A DNA stretch of 64,000 nucleotides, taken from positions 114,054 through 178,053 of the IMG/VR virus record IMGVR_UViG_3300020048_000018. One strand, written 5' to 3'. Shown here one piece after another: positions 27,879-37,652 of this stretch; position 1 is the first letter of the stretch, and every line of letters starts with the position of its first letter. The position numbers were made by a program, and so were the translations under genes. The stretch comes from a virus. A model generated the notes under the pieces. The model saw nothing but the letters and a program-made list of their open reading frames with translations, was not told the DNA's origin and did not search any database.

Positions 27879-28676
27879 TCACATTGCTTTCAATGTTTCA
27901 TTGTCTACCATATCAAATTCTTCTAAGAAGAACCAGAAGGTAAAACCATCATTAAATCTAATAACATATTGATCTGGGTCATTAGAATCTCTACTTACTA
28001 CACGTCCAATTTTACCTAAGTGATTTTTTAGTTTCTCATAAAGTTCTTTTGAACATTCACCTAAATCAGAAATTTGTACAAACCTTATATCATCTCCAAT
28101 AAAAGTATTTTCCTCAGAACAATCCCCCTTGTGACCTAGTGTTTTGAAAGTATAATCTTTGTCATCTGGGTCGAAAGATGAAAACCCTTCATAGACTCTA
28201 TCCACTATTTTTTCAATTTTTTTATAAGCTTCTAAAATCATTTCAGTAAAAAAATTCTCTGAAACAGAACTTATATTCTGAGAAGGTTTTACTTTGGATT
28301 TTCCCGTTGAAACACTATAATGTTTTTCATATTTCTGAGTAGTATGGTCTAACTCCACATAGAAGTTCCCACCTTTCTCTATAAGTTTAATTATAAAAGC
28401 ACCTGAGTCTTGGTATACGTCAAGTTCCCGTGGACTTCGTTTTATAGTTTCTAAGACTATGCCATTATTAGGATTACCAAAGATACCGGGCAAGGCTATC
28501 TTAACATTATTAGCAAAGATTTTATTTATATTTTCAACCTCAAATATTGAGTTTACTTCTATATTATCAGGATCTCTTCGGGATTTAAGGTCAGCGTTTC
28601 TTTGTACCCAATCAGGTTGTTTTGTAAGTCCCACAGTCCGTAAGGCTTCTTTTATGTTTTTCTTATAGATTTCCAT
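27879..28676 (-). CDS. hypothetical protein with C-terminal KOW/SH3-like segment
   Basis: SD CAGGAG; ACTAATTA upstream; IGDDIRF..GKIGRVV..YVIRF. Confidence 0.55.
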   Translation of the reverse strand: MEIYKKNIKEALRTVGLTKQPDWVQRNADLKSRRDPDNIEVNSIFEVENINKIFANNVKIALPGIFGNPNNGIVLETIKRSPRELDVYQDSGAFIIKLIEKGGNFYVELDHTTQKYEKHYSVSTGKSKVKPSQNISSVSENFFTEMILEAYKKIEKIVDRVYEGFSSFDPDDKDYTFKTLGHKGDCSEENTFIGDDIRFVQISDLGECSKELYEKLKNHLGKIGRVVSRDSNDPDQYVIRFNDGFTFWFFLEEFDMVDNETLKAM

Positions 28677-28695
28677 TTTAATTCTCCTGTTTAAT

Positions 28696-28703
28696 TAATT
28701 AGT
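28696..28703 (-). promoter_or_regulatory. ACTAATTA late-type promoter
   Basis: Upstream of 28676 start. Confidence 0.4.
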
Positions 28704-28734
28704 AGCGTTTTCATAAAATGTTCTAAATTAGTGA

Positions 28735-28770
28735 AAAAGTTTTGAACTTTTCCTGAAAGTCCTATATATT
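28735..28770 (+). promoter_or_regulatory. sigma70-type early promoter with palindromic -35
   Basis: TTGAAC(28742)-N17-TATATT(28765). Confidence 0.8.
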
Positions 28771-28797
28771 ATATATGTAAGGATAAAGGAGAATACT

Positions 28798-29082
28798 ATG
28801 GCAAATGCCACTATTTTTGATGTTATTACCCCCAAATGGGACTCACTTCAGGCAATGTATGGTCTGCGAGACAAAGATAAAGAACGTATCATAGAAGCCT
28901 GTCAGCTTACCGAGGAAGCTATCAGCGACCTTGATATTTTCACTGACACGGAATCCATCATTTATGAAACCGTCAGTGAATTGTGCTATAAAAAACACTG
29001 GAAGATGAATCAGGAACAGTGGGACAACTTCCTTGCCTGTGTCAAGGCAATTTTCTCCGACATGAAAAAGATGGATGAATAG
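28798..29082 (+). CDS. early hypothetical protein
   Basis: SD AAGGAG. Confidence 0.6.
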   Translation: MANATIFDVITPKWDSLQAMYGLRDKDKERIIEACQLTEEAISDLDIFTDTESIIYETVSELCYKKHWKMNQEQWDNFLACVKAIFSDMKKMDE

Positions 29083-29506
29083 TATGGAAAACATACCTAT
29101 TGAGTCCGTCCCTTTCGAGGAAGACCAGATTGCTAAGTTTGATAAACTTGGAAAACATGCCAAGATAATGGTACTTTGCATGGCAGATAATATGGAAACA
29201 ATCAAAAAACAGAATAGAGAGATTCTAGACTGTTTTCATGACAAAGGGAAGGGTCTGTATGTTATCGGGGTTATCGAGGGGGTAGCAGTCCTTGAGTATA
29301 CCTATAATGCCCCATTTGAAAACGCCGTATACACTTCCGCATTCAAGAATGAAAAAGGTGAATGGCAAAAAACACACAACTGTTGTGCCACTGGTGAAGA
29401 AGCCCTTTTGTATGCTCTGGGAGAAAAGCATTTGGGTAGTAATTCCCAATTCCCTTTCTTTGCCACAAGAATGCTTGATTTGGATAAAGTATATGATAAA
29501 AAATAA
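29075..29506 (+). CDS. hypothetical protein
   Basis: Coupled ORF. Confidence 0.55.
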   Translation: MNSMENIPIESVPFEEDQIAKFDKLGKHAKIMVLCMADNMETIKKQNREILDCFHDKGKGLYVIGVIEGVAVLEYTYNAPFENAVYTSAFKNEKGEWQKTHNCCATGEEALLYALGEKHLGSNSQFPFFATRMLDLDKVYDKK

Positions 29507-29711
29507 GGTAAAGCCAAAGTTTTTTATCTACTACACCGACCTTGAGGGTACACATCCTGCATCTCATTTACGGGAGTGTACCAGTTTTATGTTTATACAT
29601 CTTAAACCCGCACTGGATGAAAAACTTAAGCTGGAGATACTTTATCCAAACTTTAAGATTAAAGTAATAGAGGAAGTATTTAATGCAGAAAATGAGTTTT
29701 CATTCACTTGA
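29493..29711 (+). CDS. hypothetical protein
   Basis: Start moved to MIKNK to remove long overlap. Confidence 0.4.
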   Translation: MIKNKVKPKFFIYYTDLEGTHPASHLRECTSFMFIHLKPALDEKLKLEILYPNFKIKVIEEVFNAENEFSFT

Positions 29712-29922
29712 GGATTTAATTGATTATGAGTTTAGTGAAGCCTTAAAACATCCTATACCTTCTTTTGATGCCCCGTTTTTGGATAGGGAGTCAAGAGTTC
29801 ATAACTGGCATAATCATATTGTTACCAGATATAAAGAGTTTTGGAATGAACTCACTGAACGAGAAAGAAAGATGCTGTTCATCCAAGCTGTGGAAGATGC
29901 CTCTAATGAAGAATGGGATTAA
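29683..29922 (+). CDS. hypothetical protein
   Basis: SD GAGGA; HNW..W..L..RER motif. Confidence 0.5.
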   Translation: MQKMSFHSLEDLIDYEFSEALKHPIPSFDAPFLDRESRVHNWHNHIVTRYKEFWNELTERERKMLFIQAVEDASNEEWD

Positions 29923-29934
29923 TAAGGAAGACTC

Positions 29935-30357
29935 ATGAAAAATATTTTATTCTCTCTTTTTCTTGTTGTTATTTTTACGTCTTGTCAAGAAAAGACTACG
30001 TATATTCCAATGACCGTTTGGGACAAAGGCTCCTATCAAATAATTAAGGTAGAGAAAACAAAGGACTATCCTGAGATATATTCCGTTGTTCTTAAAACCT
30101 CAATTGCTTCAGTTCCCGAGACAAGTAATGAAATACTTCCTGACTCAGAGGATAATTTTATACTTGACTATTCCCTTATAAAGGAAGAACATTCCAGTCT
30201 TTATAACAGGGTAATGGAACTAAGAAGTAAAAAACTTTCCAAGGAAGAAAGATATAGGCTTGTGTATCTCCTTGCTGACGAAACTGATAAATTAAATTCT
30301 TTGGCATTTAATCTTAAACAGGAAATCGAAAAACAATTCATGGAGGAAGGTAGATGA
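29935..30357 (+). CDS. lipoprotein
   Basis: MKNILFSLFLVVIFTS-C lipobox. Confidence 0.65.
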   Translation: MKNILFSLFLVVIFTSCQEKTTYIPMTVWDKGSYQIIKVEKTKDYPEIYSVVLKTSIASVPETSNEILPDSEDNFILDYSLIKEEHSSLYNRVMELRSKKLSKEERYRLVYLLADETDKLNSLAFNLKQEIEKQFMEEGR

Positions 30358-30632
30358 ATCTATCCCAGATAACAATTGGTAAAATAGTAATGACTAGTAA
30401 TTCCGATTGGGAATCCTTTGATAAAAATATGACACCCATAAAGCGTAGAAGGGTGGGTTTTATAAAAGGTCTCACCCTCAATGCTTGCAATGAGCCTATC
30501 TGTCTTGTTGAGTTTGCAGATTACGATTACAATTTTAAAATAATGGATGGAATAGTAAAGGTTTGCTCTATGCACCCGTCCAACCTTGAAGACTATAATG
30601 AAAAACTGTATTTCAATTGGGTGTATCCCTGA
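30354..30632 (+). CDS. hypothetical protein
   Basis: Coupled ORF. Confidence 0.5.
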   Translation: MNLSQITIGKIVMTSNSDWESFDKNMTPIKRRRVGFIKGLTLNACNEPICLVEFADYDYNFKIMDGIVKVCSMHPSNLEDYNEKLYFNWVYP

Positions 30633-30871
30633 TGAAAAAAATACTTATAGTTTTAAGTTTCTATTTAATAGTTACCCTTGGGGGATGTAAAGACTTAGTG
30701 GTTGAGAAATCTACCGGACTATATCAAACCTCTTATGATGTGATATTCCCTCCAGACTCAATTCATATTAAAAAAGAAAAAGACAGTTGGTATTCCTTTG
30801 AGAGAAAGGGAAAAAAATATCTGGTATATTATCGTAACTCTCTGGATAATGTAACTATAATGGATTACTAA
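30632..30871 (+). CDS. small lipoprotein
   Basis: MKKILIVLSFYLIVTLGG-C. Confidence 0.55.
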   Translation: MKKILIVLSFYLIVTLGGCKDLVVEKSTGLYQTSYDVIFPPDSIHIKKEKDSWYSFERKGKKYLVYYRNSLDNVTIMDY

Positions 30872-31110
30872 TGAAAGTAACTATCAAGGGTAGACATGTA
30901 AATCTGGGTTGTCATTTATTCAAGCATAAATGGAAATATGTATTTAGCTCCATCGTATCTATCCCTTTTCCTGTTCGGGTGTGTACTCGGTGTAGTGAAG
31001 TTCAACAACATCTAACCCTCCCTGCTTATGGTACAAGTTGGTTTACCTTGTGTAGCTACACTGACAAGGGAGCTAAAGACTGGGCTGATAAAAGTGGTAT
31101 TAAACTCTAG
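30871..31110 (+). CDS. hypothetical Zn-binding protein
   Basis: CHLFKHKW..CTRC. Confidence 0.5.
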   Translation: MKVTIKGRHVNLGCHLFKHKWKYVFSSIVSIPFPVRVCTRCSEVQQHLTLPAYGTSWFTLCSYTDKGAKDWADKSGIKL

Positions 31111-31123
31111 TAAGGGGATATAA

Positions 31124-31399
31124 ATGGGACGCAGTATTGTAGTACAGCCTAATGGGTTATTTGGATGTTTTTCTTCTATGGTGGATGATTTTATTACTCT
31201 TGACCGTACTGAGGAAGAATACATAGAAGGGATGGCAAAAGAAGCTTATGACGACATGAAAGATAAATTGAAAAAAATATTTCTTACAAGAAGGGATATT
31301 TATTTCTTGGATTGGGAACGGTCTCTTGAGATAATGGGAAATGTTCATGGCAAAAAAGCAGTAACAAAAATGTTAAAAACATTAAAGGTAGTAAAATGA
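31124..31399 (+). CDS. conserved phage hypothetical protein
   Basis: QPNGLFGCFSSMVD. Confidence 0.55.
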   Translation: MGRSIVVQPNGLFGCFSSMVDDFITLDRTEEEYIEGMAKEAYDDMKDKLKKIFLTRRDIYFLDWERSLEIMGNVHGKKAVTKMLKTLKVVK

Positions 31400-31893
31400 A
31401 AAATATTATTTATGCAATCGGTCTTATTCTCGCAATCAGTTTGTTTATTTCCTGTAAGGATGTTCCGGTAACTGCCACACCTACCGCTACAAGTGTAAAT
31501 ATTGAAGGGGAAGTTTTCAATATTGTAAAAATCTCAGGTACAGGAGTTCCTGACATTTGGGTATTAAAATCTGCTGAGGGGGTTTCTACAACTACCCAGA
31601 GGTATAATAACTCTACGGAAACAACAGAGACAATCTACTCTATCCTGAAGGCAGAGTCCAATTTTGAAGAGCTTCAATTGGATAGATTGGAATCTCTTGC
31701 AGATGTAATTAATTCCAAGACCACACAGATAACAAAGCTTCTAAAGCTTCTGGAAGAAAATAAGAACTTGACTTCTCTTGAGAAGTACAAAATTTCAAAA
31801 CAGTTTGATGACAATCTCTATGCTGTGTACAGAGCTTCCAATCAATTAAATGATAAGTTCAAATTGGGAGCATTGGAAGAGATTGAAAAGTGA
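31396..31893 (+). CDS. lipoprotein
   Basis: MKNIIYAIGLILAISLFIS-C. Confidence 0.65.
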   Translation: MKNIIYAIGLILAISLFISCKDVPVTATPTATSVNIEGEVFNIVKISGTGVPDIWVLKSAEGVSTTTQRYNNSTETTETIYSILKAESNFEELQLDRLESLADVINSKTTQITKLLKLLEENKNLTSLEKYKISKQFDDNLYAVYRASNQLNDKFKLGALEEIEK

Positions 31894-32387
31894 ACGCACT
31901 ATATGCAGGAAGCTTTGACCCCTTCACAAAAGGTCATGAAGATGTTTTGAAACAGGCTATTCTACTGTTCGATAAAGTAAAATTAGTTGTATGTGAAAAT
32001 TCCTCTAAACACGCCTTTCTTACAATGAATGAAAGATATGATTCCCTGTGTAAATATGTTCTGGACAATAGTCTGTCAGACAAGGTAGAGATACTTTGGT
32101 TGGATGCAGGTAAAGCTGTAGTAGATATTTCTGCTGAACATGATGCACAGTTTCTTATTCGGGGAATTCGAACGGTAACAGATTTTGAGTATGAATTGCA
32201 AATTTCTTCAATGAATAAGGTGTTAAACAATTCTGTTCATACCATTTATTTTACACCATCGAGCGAGAATCAATTCACAAGTTCCTCTATGGCAAGAGAA
32301 TTTATTCGGTTAAAGAAAACCCAACTAAGTTTCCTTCTTCCTGAATCAATAATTAACTTTATAAATAACAAGGGATATATATGGTAA
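31890..32387 (+). CDS. coaD: phosphopantetheine adenylyltransferase
   Basis: YAGSFDPFTKGH, IRGIRTVTDFEYE, SSSMARE. Confidence 0.9.
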   Translation: MNALYAGSFDPFTKGHEDVLKQAILLFDKVKLVVCENSSKHAFLTMNERYDSLCKYVLDNSLSDKVEILWLDAGKAVVDISAEHDAQFLIRGIRTVTDFEYELQISSMNKVLNNSVHTIYFTPSSENQFTSSSMAREFIRLKKTQLSFLLPESIINFINNKGYIW

Positions 32388-32908
32388 TCGGAGTAACTGG
32401 TAAATCGGGATCTGGTAAATCAGAGTTCAGTAGACGCTTGGCAAATCTCTTAAATGCAAAACATATAGACATTGATAAAGTTGTACATAAGGAAATAGAA
32501 AAAAACCATTCTAAGATATGTGAATTGTTGGATATTCCTAAAACATCTATGGTAACAGATATTGGTGAAATTATTTTCACTAATAGGGAGAAATATAATC
32601 TTGTGGTAGGCTTAGTATGGACTCCCACTTTGTACGAAATAGAAAAATTGATGGGAGAACATGATCGGGTTGTTCTTGATCACATCCTTCTTCCTCATAT
32701 GGGCAGTCTTTGGGAACGGTGCGAATTAAAGTATCTTATTGAATGTGAGCGTACATTACGCTACAAGAGAATTTTTAAGAGAGATGGGATTTCACTCCGT
32801 ACTCTCAAATTGAGAGAAAGTGCTTCTATTGAATATCAGGAAAATATGTTTGATAGAATACTTACTGAGGAAAGGATTGCAGATATTTTTAAAGTAACCT
32901 ATCCATAA
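32381..32908 (+). CDS. coaE: dephospho-CoA kinase-like
   Basis: IGVTGKSGSGKS, IDIDKVVH, GEIIF, RIFKRDG; overlaps coaD stop. Confidence 0.75.
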   Translation: MVIGVTGKSGSGKSEFSRRLANLLNAKHIDIDKVVHKEIEKNHSKICELLDIPKTSMVTDIGEIIFTNREKYNLVVGLVWTPTLYEIEKLMGEHDRVVLDHILLPHMGSLWERCELKYLIECERTLRYKRIFKRDGISLRTLKLRESASIEYQENMFDRILTEERIADIFKVTYP

Positions 32909-32945
32909 AATAGAGTAATTACCGAGAGTAGTTTTAAGGAAAAAA

Positions 32946-33956
32946 TTGATGAGTGATTTTTATAATATTATCTATGACCTTGATGAAGTTAAAAACTTCT
33001 ATGATAAAGTATTGGCTGTCAAACCCTTGCTTCCTAATGAAGTTCGTTACGTGAGTTTATCCGTTAGGAACAAGTATTTGAATGAGGAAGAACGCAAATA
33101 TTATAATTGCGGCAGGTCAGAAATGTTTGGTAAGCAGGTTGTTCGCCACGATACTTGGGAAGCTTACAAACAAGCCTTATATCGCTATGAATGTAATAAG
33201 CTTGGTTACTTAACAAAGAATGGCATCCCTTACCCAGAGAAAGCAATGGTATGTTATGCCAATATAAATCCCTGTGACTCTTTGGAAACAGTTAATGAGA
33301 TGATGAAATCTATAACTGAGAATAAGGATGCACTGGTATATGCCGCTCTCAAAAACTCCAAGTACGGTATTAGTGAAGCGTTTCATAAAATAAGAAAGAT
33401 TGAAGATACCATGATTTCCCTGTATGCTAGAAATGTTGGTTCGAGAAATTGGATTGATATGGATTTAGATATTGGAAAAGATAATGTTATGGACATTATT
33501 TCTTTCGTAGAACCTTTACTTACCTTTATGGGTTTCACTGACCACTACTGGGTAGACACTAAAGGTGGAGTTCACCTTCTCTTAAAAAAAGACGAGATGA
33601 AGTTCAATCCTGCTTTGGTATGTGATGTATGTTATATTGCTTACTGGTTGTATTCAGGGTATTACCTGAAAGGGTCAAGGATTCTTTTCGATATGAACAA
33701 TGAGGCTCACAGAGATAGTATGCTTACCCTTTTTAAGGAAGTGGAAATCATTCAAAACAAGAATCAAATGGTACCCCTAAGTGGCACATTGCAAGGTGGA
33801 CATCAAGTGCGGATTCTTAACTTGGAAGGTTTGACTCTACACTCTGTAGATTCCCTAGTATATGAAATGCAAAATTTCTGTGAAGAGATGTTTAAGAAAA
33901 AGAATGAGTTGCTTCGGGTGATTAATTTTAAGAATAATAAGGTGGCGGTGAAATGA
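32946..33956 (+). CDS. hypothetical, possible AEP/primase-polymerase-fold protein
   Basis: WIDMDLD (DxD) and TKGGVHLLL. Confidence 0.4.
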   Translation: MMSDFYNIIYDLDEVKNFYDKVLAVKPLLPNEVRYVSLSVRNKYLNEEERKYYNCGRSEMFGKQVVRHDTWEAYKQALYRYECNKLGYLTKNGIPYPEKAMVCYANINPCDSLETVNEMMKSITENKDALVYAALKNSKYGISEAFHKIRKIEDTMISLYARNVGSRNWIDMDLDIGKDNVMDIISFVEPLLTFMGFTDHYWVDTKGGVHLLLKKDEMKFNPALVCDVCYIAYWLYSGYYLKGSRILFDMNNEAHRDSMLTLFKEVEIIQNKNQMVPLSGTLQGGHQVRILNLEGLTLHSVDSLVYEMQNFCEEMFKKKNELLRVINFKNNKVAVK

Positions 33957-34462
33957 AAAAGATTTTAATACTTCTGTTTTTGCTTTCAGTGGTTTTGGTT
34001 TCCTGTGAACAAAAAAGAGAACGAGGGGATTCGGTTGAATCTGACCCTTATGAAAATGTAGATAAATATTTTCTAGGGGAGAATAGTGGAAAACATTATC
34101 TACAGAAGTTGAATCTGTCTGATATTAGTCGAGGAGTAACCTCTGTTTATTTTTTTACTGACACCGTGAACAATAAGAAACTTGTTTTCTTCCTTTGGGA
34201 TGTTGAGGGTTATGAAAAAACATATTCGCTTTCTTCCCTCCCTTATACAAATCTCAAGTTTGAATTTGTAGAAGATGAAAGTCAGAGACCTTATATAAAG
34301 TTTAAGTATAAGTCTCAAGTCACTATTGGGTCTTTTTCTAACACACAAGAGGTATTGGATAAAACAGTTATCTTTGCAGTAGTTGTGTGCAATTATAAAG
34401 ATTATATCAACCAAGAAGTTTCAATCAATGAAAATTCTATCAATTTTATAAAGGCAAATTAA
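33953..34462 (+). CDS. lipoprotein
   Basis: MKKILILLFLLSVVLVS-C. Confidence 0.65.
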   Translation: MKKILILLFLLSVVLVSCEQKRERGDSVESDPYENVDKYFLGENSGKHYLQKLNLSDISRGVTSVYFFTDTVNNKKLVFFLWDVEGYEKTYSLSSLPYTNLKFEFVEDESQRPYIKFKYKSQVTIGSFSNTQEVLDKTVIFAVVVCNYKDYINQEVSINENSINFIKAN

Positions 34463-35776
34463 ATGAGAGATACCTTGAAAGAATGCGAGTTTCTGTACAA
34501 TGAAAACAAAGAATTAATTGGGGTTGATTTAGGTGCTGACTATGCCGCAGAACATGAATGTGGAATTAAGGAATTAAGAGAGCTGTTTGGATGCAATCCT
34601 AAGAAAATGGGTCTTAATTCCGCTAAGATAGAGAATCTCTCAAACTTTTATTCTGGTAAACTCTCCTTGAAAGAAGCTGTGTGGTATTATCTCTCATCCT
34701 CAAATGTTGAAGATAACCCCTATCAATTGGATTGGAAAACCCAAACAGAGAAAACTACCTGTACCTTAATAAAAGCAGGGTGGGATAAAAAAGGATTTGC
34801 AGTTATCAGTACAAACAAGGAAGCTATTGAAACAATAAGATCTTTCTTCGATAAGAAGGATGTTCTCTTAGGGGTAGGTAATTCTTCAACTCCTTTTGGT
34901 AACGGAGGATTTATTATATTAAAGTTTTCTGCTGTCCCAAAAGAGACTATGCAAAAATCAATTGATGCTCAGAAAGCTTATTCTAAAAATAAGAACTCCC
35001 TTGAAGAATCAAAAGCTTTTAAAAAACTAAAAGCCAAAGATGCAGAGTGGAGAGAGAAATATCCTTTCTGTAGTAACAGCCCTTGGTCCTATATGTATCT
35101 GGGTGCTGATAGTAATTCCGATAAGTATTGGATGAACCCTGAAAATCAACAACACATCAATTCTGGTTGGCTTTCACTAAAAGATATTGAAGACTGGGCT
35201 GATGAGAAAGTTGGCAAATGTATCATGTCTGCTGAGAAGTTTGACGAACTTAAATACATGTGTTCTATGCCTTTTTATATGTACTCGTTTTCCCCTGAAT
35301 CCTCTAGTGGTAGAAAACATTTTGGAGGAGTAAGTCACCTTCTGTACTGTAAGAGTTCCAGAGTAAATCCTATTAAGCAGGGAAAGAAACTTAAGGGTGA
35401 CAGATTCCTCACACTCCCGTTGGAATCAGAACAGATGTTCGAGTCATTCATTAAATACAGTATTTTGGACGACCTTTTTTCCCAGATAGGTGCGTACAAT
35501 TTCACTTCAATGTCTACCGAGGAACTAAAGTACTATTTTGTTAGGTATATTGACAGTAAGCCAAAAGATAAGCTCACAATAAGAAAATCTACTGAAAACG
35601 AGATGTATGGATTTTTCAGAATGTTAAACCTTCTTGGATATGGAGAATATGGTGCCTGTAATACAGATCAGGGAATGGGAAAACATAACATTGCTTGGTG
35701 GAAGGATTTGCTCAGTACTGAAGCAGATTTTGATTTTATTAATCTTTGTGGGATGCTTAGAGAGGACTGGAAATGA
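34463..35776 (+). CDS. hypothetical protein (437 aa)
   Basis: Long ORF; no recognised motif. Confidence 0.6.
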   Translation: MRDTLKECEFLYNENKELIGVDLGADYAAEHECGIKELRELFGCNPKKMGLNSAKIENLSNFYSGKLSLKEAVWYYLSSSNVEDNPYQLDWKTQTEKTTCTLIKAGWDKKGFAVISTNKEAIETIRSFFDKKDVLLGVGNSSTPFGNGGFIILKFSAVPKETMQKSIDAQKAYSKNKNSLEESKAFKKLKAKDAEWREKYPFCSNSPWSYMYLGADSNSDKYWMNPENQQHINSGWLSLKDIEDWADEKVGKCIMSAEKFDELKYMCSMPFYMYSFSPESSSGRKHFGGVSHLLYCKSSRVNPIKQGKKLKGDRFLTLPLESEQMFESFIKYSILDDLFSQIGAYNFTSMSTEELKYYFVRYIDSKPKDKLTIRKSTENEMYGFFRMLNLLGYGEYGACNTDQGMGKHNIAWWKDLLSTEADFDFINLCGMLREDWK

Positions 35777-36006
35777 AAGAGTACTATATTCAGGGACAAG
35801 GTGATAGGGACTGGTTGTTTATTCTAATGATTATTCCTACTATTCACTCAGACTATGCGTATACCCTGAAGAAAAAGTTTATTGAAATGGAAGCGTACCA
35901 GTTTATCAAGTACATCCAAAAAGAAATAAACGAAAAAAGAATTATTAGTTCAAATTACGAGAATGGTGTATATCATCTATCTTTAAGCAATTCAATTCTC
36001 AAGTAG
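35773..36006 (+). CDS. hypothetical protein
   Basis: ATGA coupling. Confidence 0.45.
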   Translation: MKEYYIQGQGDRDWLFILMIIPTIHSDYAYTLKKKFIEMEAYQFIKYIQKEINEKRIISSNYENGVYHLSLSNSILK

Positions 36007-36067
36007 TTTCTGTGAACTAGTTCGACCTTTCCTATGAATACATTGAATAGCTAACCCAATCACTAAA

Positions 36068-36128
36068 TAGCTATGAGTTATTTCAATCCTTTTTTAAAGG
36101 CTTAAAAATAACTCAAGCTACTTTTTTT
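36068..36128 (+). terminator. long interrupted hairpin with T tract
   Basis: TAGCT-A-TGAGTTATTT ... AAATAACTCA-AGCTA then T7. Confidence 0.6.
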
Positions 36129-36136
36129 GTTAATAT
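36128..36136 (+). promoter_or_regulatory. TGTTAATAT promoter
   Basis: Fused to terminator T tract. Confidence 0.55.
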
Positions 36137-36166
36137 ATTACATATAACTTTAATAGGGGTATCTCA

Positions 36167-36457
36167 ATGGAAAACGAATCTTCTGATATTCAAAATTACG
36201 TTTCATTTAAAATGCCGGTATGGAAGGATAGATTCAATCTGTCCAGTAAAGTATCCCCGAAATTAATATCTTCAATAATAGAAGATACAAGACTTGGATT
36301 AGAAGAATGTGAAATTTTCTCTGTTAGAGAAGAACTTTCTAATATTCTAGATATAAGTGATGAGTATCAGAAAGATAAAGTAAACCTTACAGATTCTGAT
36401 GTTAGGTCTATTCGCTCAATTCTTATAGAGTCATCAACATGTAGCTTAAAAGCTTAA
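36167..36457 (+). CDS. hypothetical protein
   Basis: SD AGGGG. Confidence 0.5.
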   Translation: MENESSDIQNYVSFKMPVWKDRFNLSSKVSPKLISSIIEDTRLGLEECEIFSVREELSNILDISDEYQKDKVNLTDSDVRSIRSILIESSTCSLKA

Positions 36458-36466
36458 AAGGTTAAA

Positions 36467-37387
36467 ATGAAAATATTACAAGCATGGTCGTCAGGTTTTG
36501 ATTCTACCTGTCTCTTATATAAAAACTTGAGAGAGGGTAACGAAGTATATCCAATCTACATAGACTCAAAAAGAATTGATAAAGTAAAGAGAGAATGTGA
36601 ACTTAGAGCTATTAAGGAAATTACAGAAACCCTTGGTAAACAATTTAATAATTATTATACAAAGTTATATTATCATGAAAATGTAGAGGTTTTCGTAGGA
36701 TCAGAAGGAGTAGGGAACGGATATTCGTATCAACCATTTTTATGGATAATGGGATTATTCAACCATGTAATATCCAACCCTCATATTGATTTTGACGAAG
36801 TTCATATTGGATATATTATGAACGATGACGCCCTCTCCTTTATTGAAGACCTTAAGATTTTGTGGAATCATTTGTTTAAGTTTAATAGAACTACAATCTT
36901 AGGTAATAAAAAAATACCAAGGCTTGAGTTTCCTCTTAAATATTTTTGTAAGCAAGATGTTCTAACTTCTCTTAAAGAAGCAAACTTACTTAATAGTTGT
37001 TGGACATGTGAAAACCCTGAGTTTATTAATGGGCAATTTTATCACTGTGCTACCTGTACTCCTTGTACACATCTTAAACCTTTTATTTACTTGTTGGACA
37101 AGTCCCATAAAAACAATGTTAGATTTGCTAAGTTTGAAAGAGATATCCCTAAAGATAAGAACAGTAAGTCATATGGAGAATGTGCATTAGATATTAAGAT
37201 TATGACCGCACCAGAAAGAAAAATTGATAGTTATGAAACGGTAGATAAAGATATAGTTAGAGAATTGTACGCTTATGATTCCCAATTAAATCTAGGATTC
37301 TTACCTGAGGAATTATACTCGGTATTTCCTTCTGATTCAAAAAAATGTTGTGATGATGAAGGACCTCTTTTTAACAAACAACCATAA
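36467..37387 (+). CDS. QueC-like PP-loop ATPase
   Basis: WSSGFDST PP-loop; WTCENP..HCATCTPC Zn cluster. Confidence 0.7.
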   Translation: MKILQAWSSGFDSTCLLYKNLREGNEVYPIYIDSKRIDKVKRECELRAIKEITETLGKQFNNYYTKLYYHENVEVFVGSEGVGNGYSYQPFLWIMGLFNHVISNPHIDFDEVHIGYIMNDDALSFIEDLKILWNHLFKFNRTTILGNKKIPRLEFPLKYFCKQDVLTSLKEANLLNSCWTCENPEFINGQFYHCATCTPCTHLKPFIYLLDKSHKNNVRFAKFERDIPKDKNSKSYGECALDIKIMTAPERKIDSYETVDKDIVRELYAYDSQLNLGFLPEELYSVFPSDSKKCCDDEGPLFNKQP

Positions 37388-37403
37388 GAGGATAAGAATT
37401 AAT

Positions 37404-37652
37404 ATGAGAAAAGAAAAGAAAGATGAAATGTATAGATACCCTAAGGACGAATCTAAGGTTGATAATGTAAACTTTAAGATTATAGTTCCTACAGAAGAAG
37501 ATAAGCAAAAACTTATTAAAGCTTTTAGGTATTTACATTATTGTGATATAGATACTGAATACGTTTGGGTTAATCAGCTCGTACATTCCTACTTAGAAGA
37601 TTCAAGGGCTATTATTGTAGAGGATGAACTATTCGAGGTTCTTAATGAGTAA
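37404..37652 (+). CDS. hypothetical protein
   Basis: SD GAGGA. Confidence 0.5.
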   Translation: MRKEKKDEMYRYPKDESKVDNVNFKIIVPTEEDKQKLIKAFRYLHYCDIDTEYVWVNQLVHSYLEDSRAIIVEDELFEVLNE

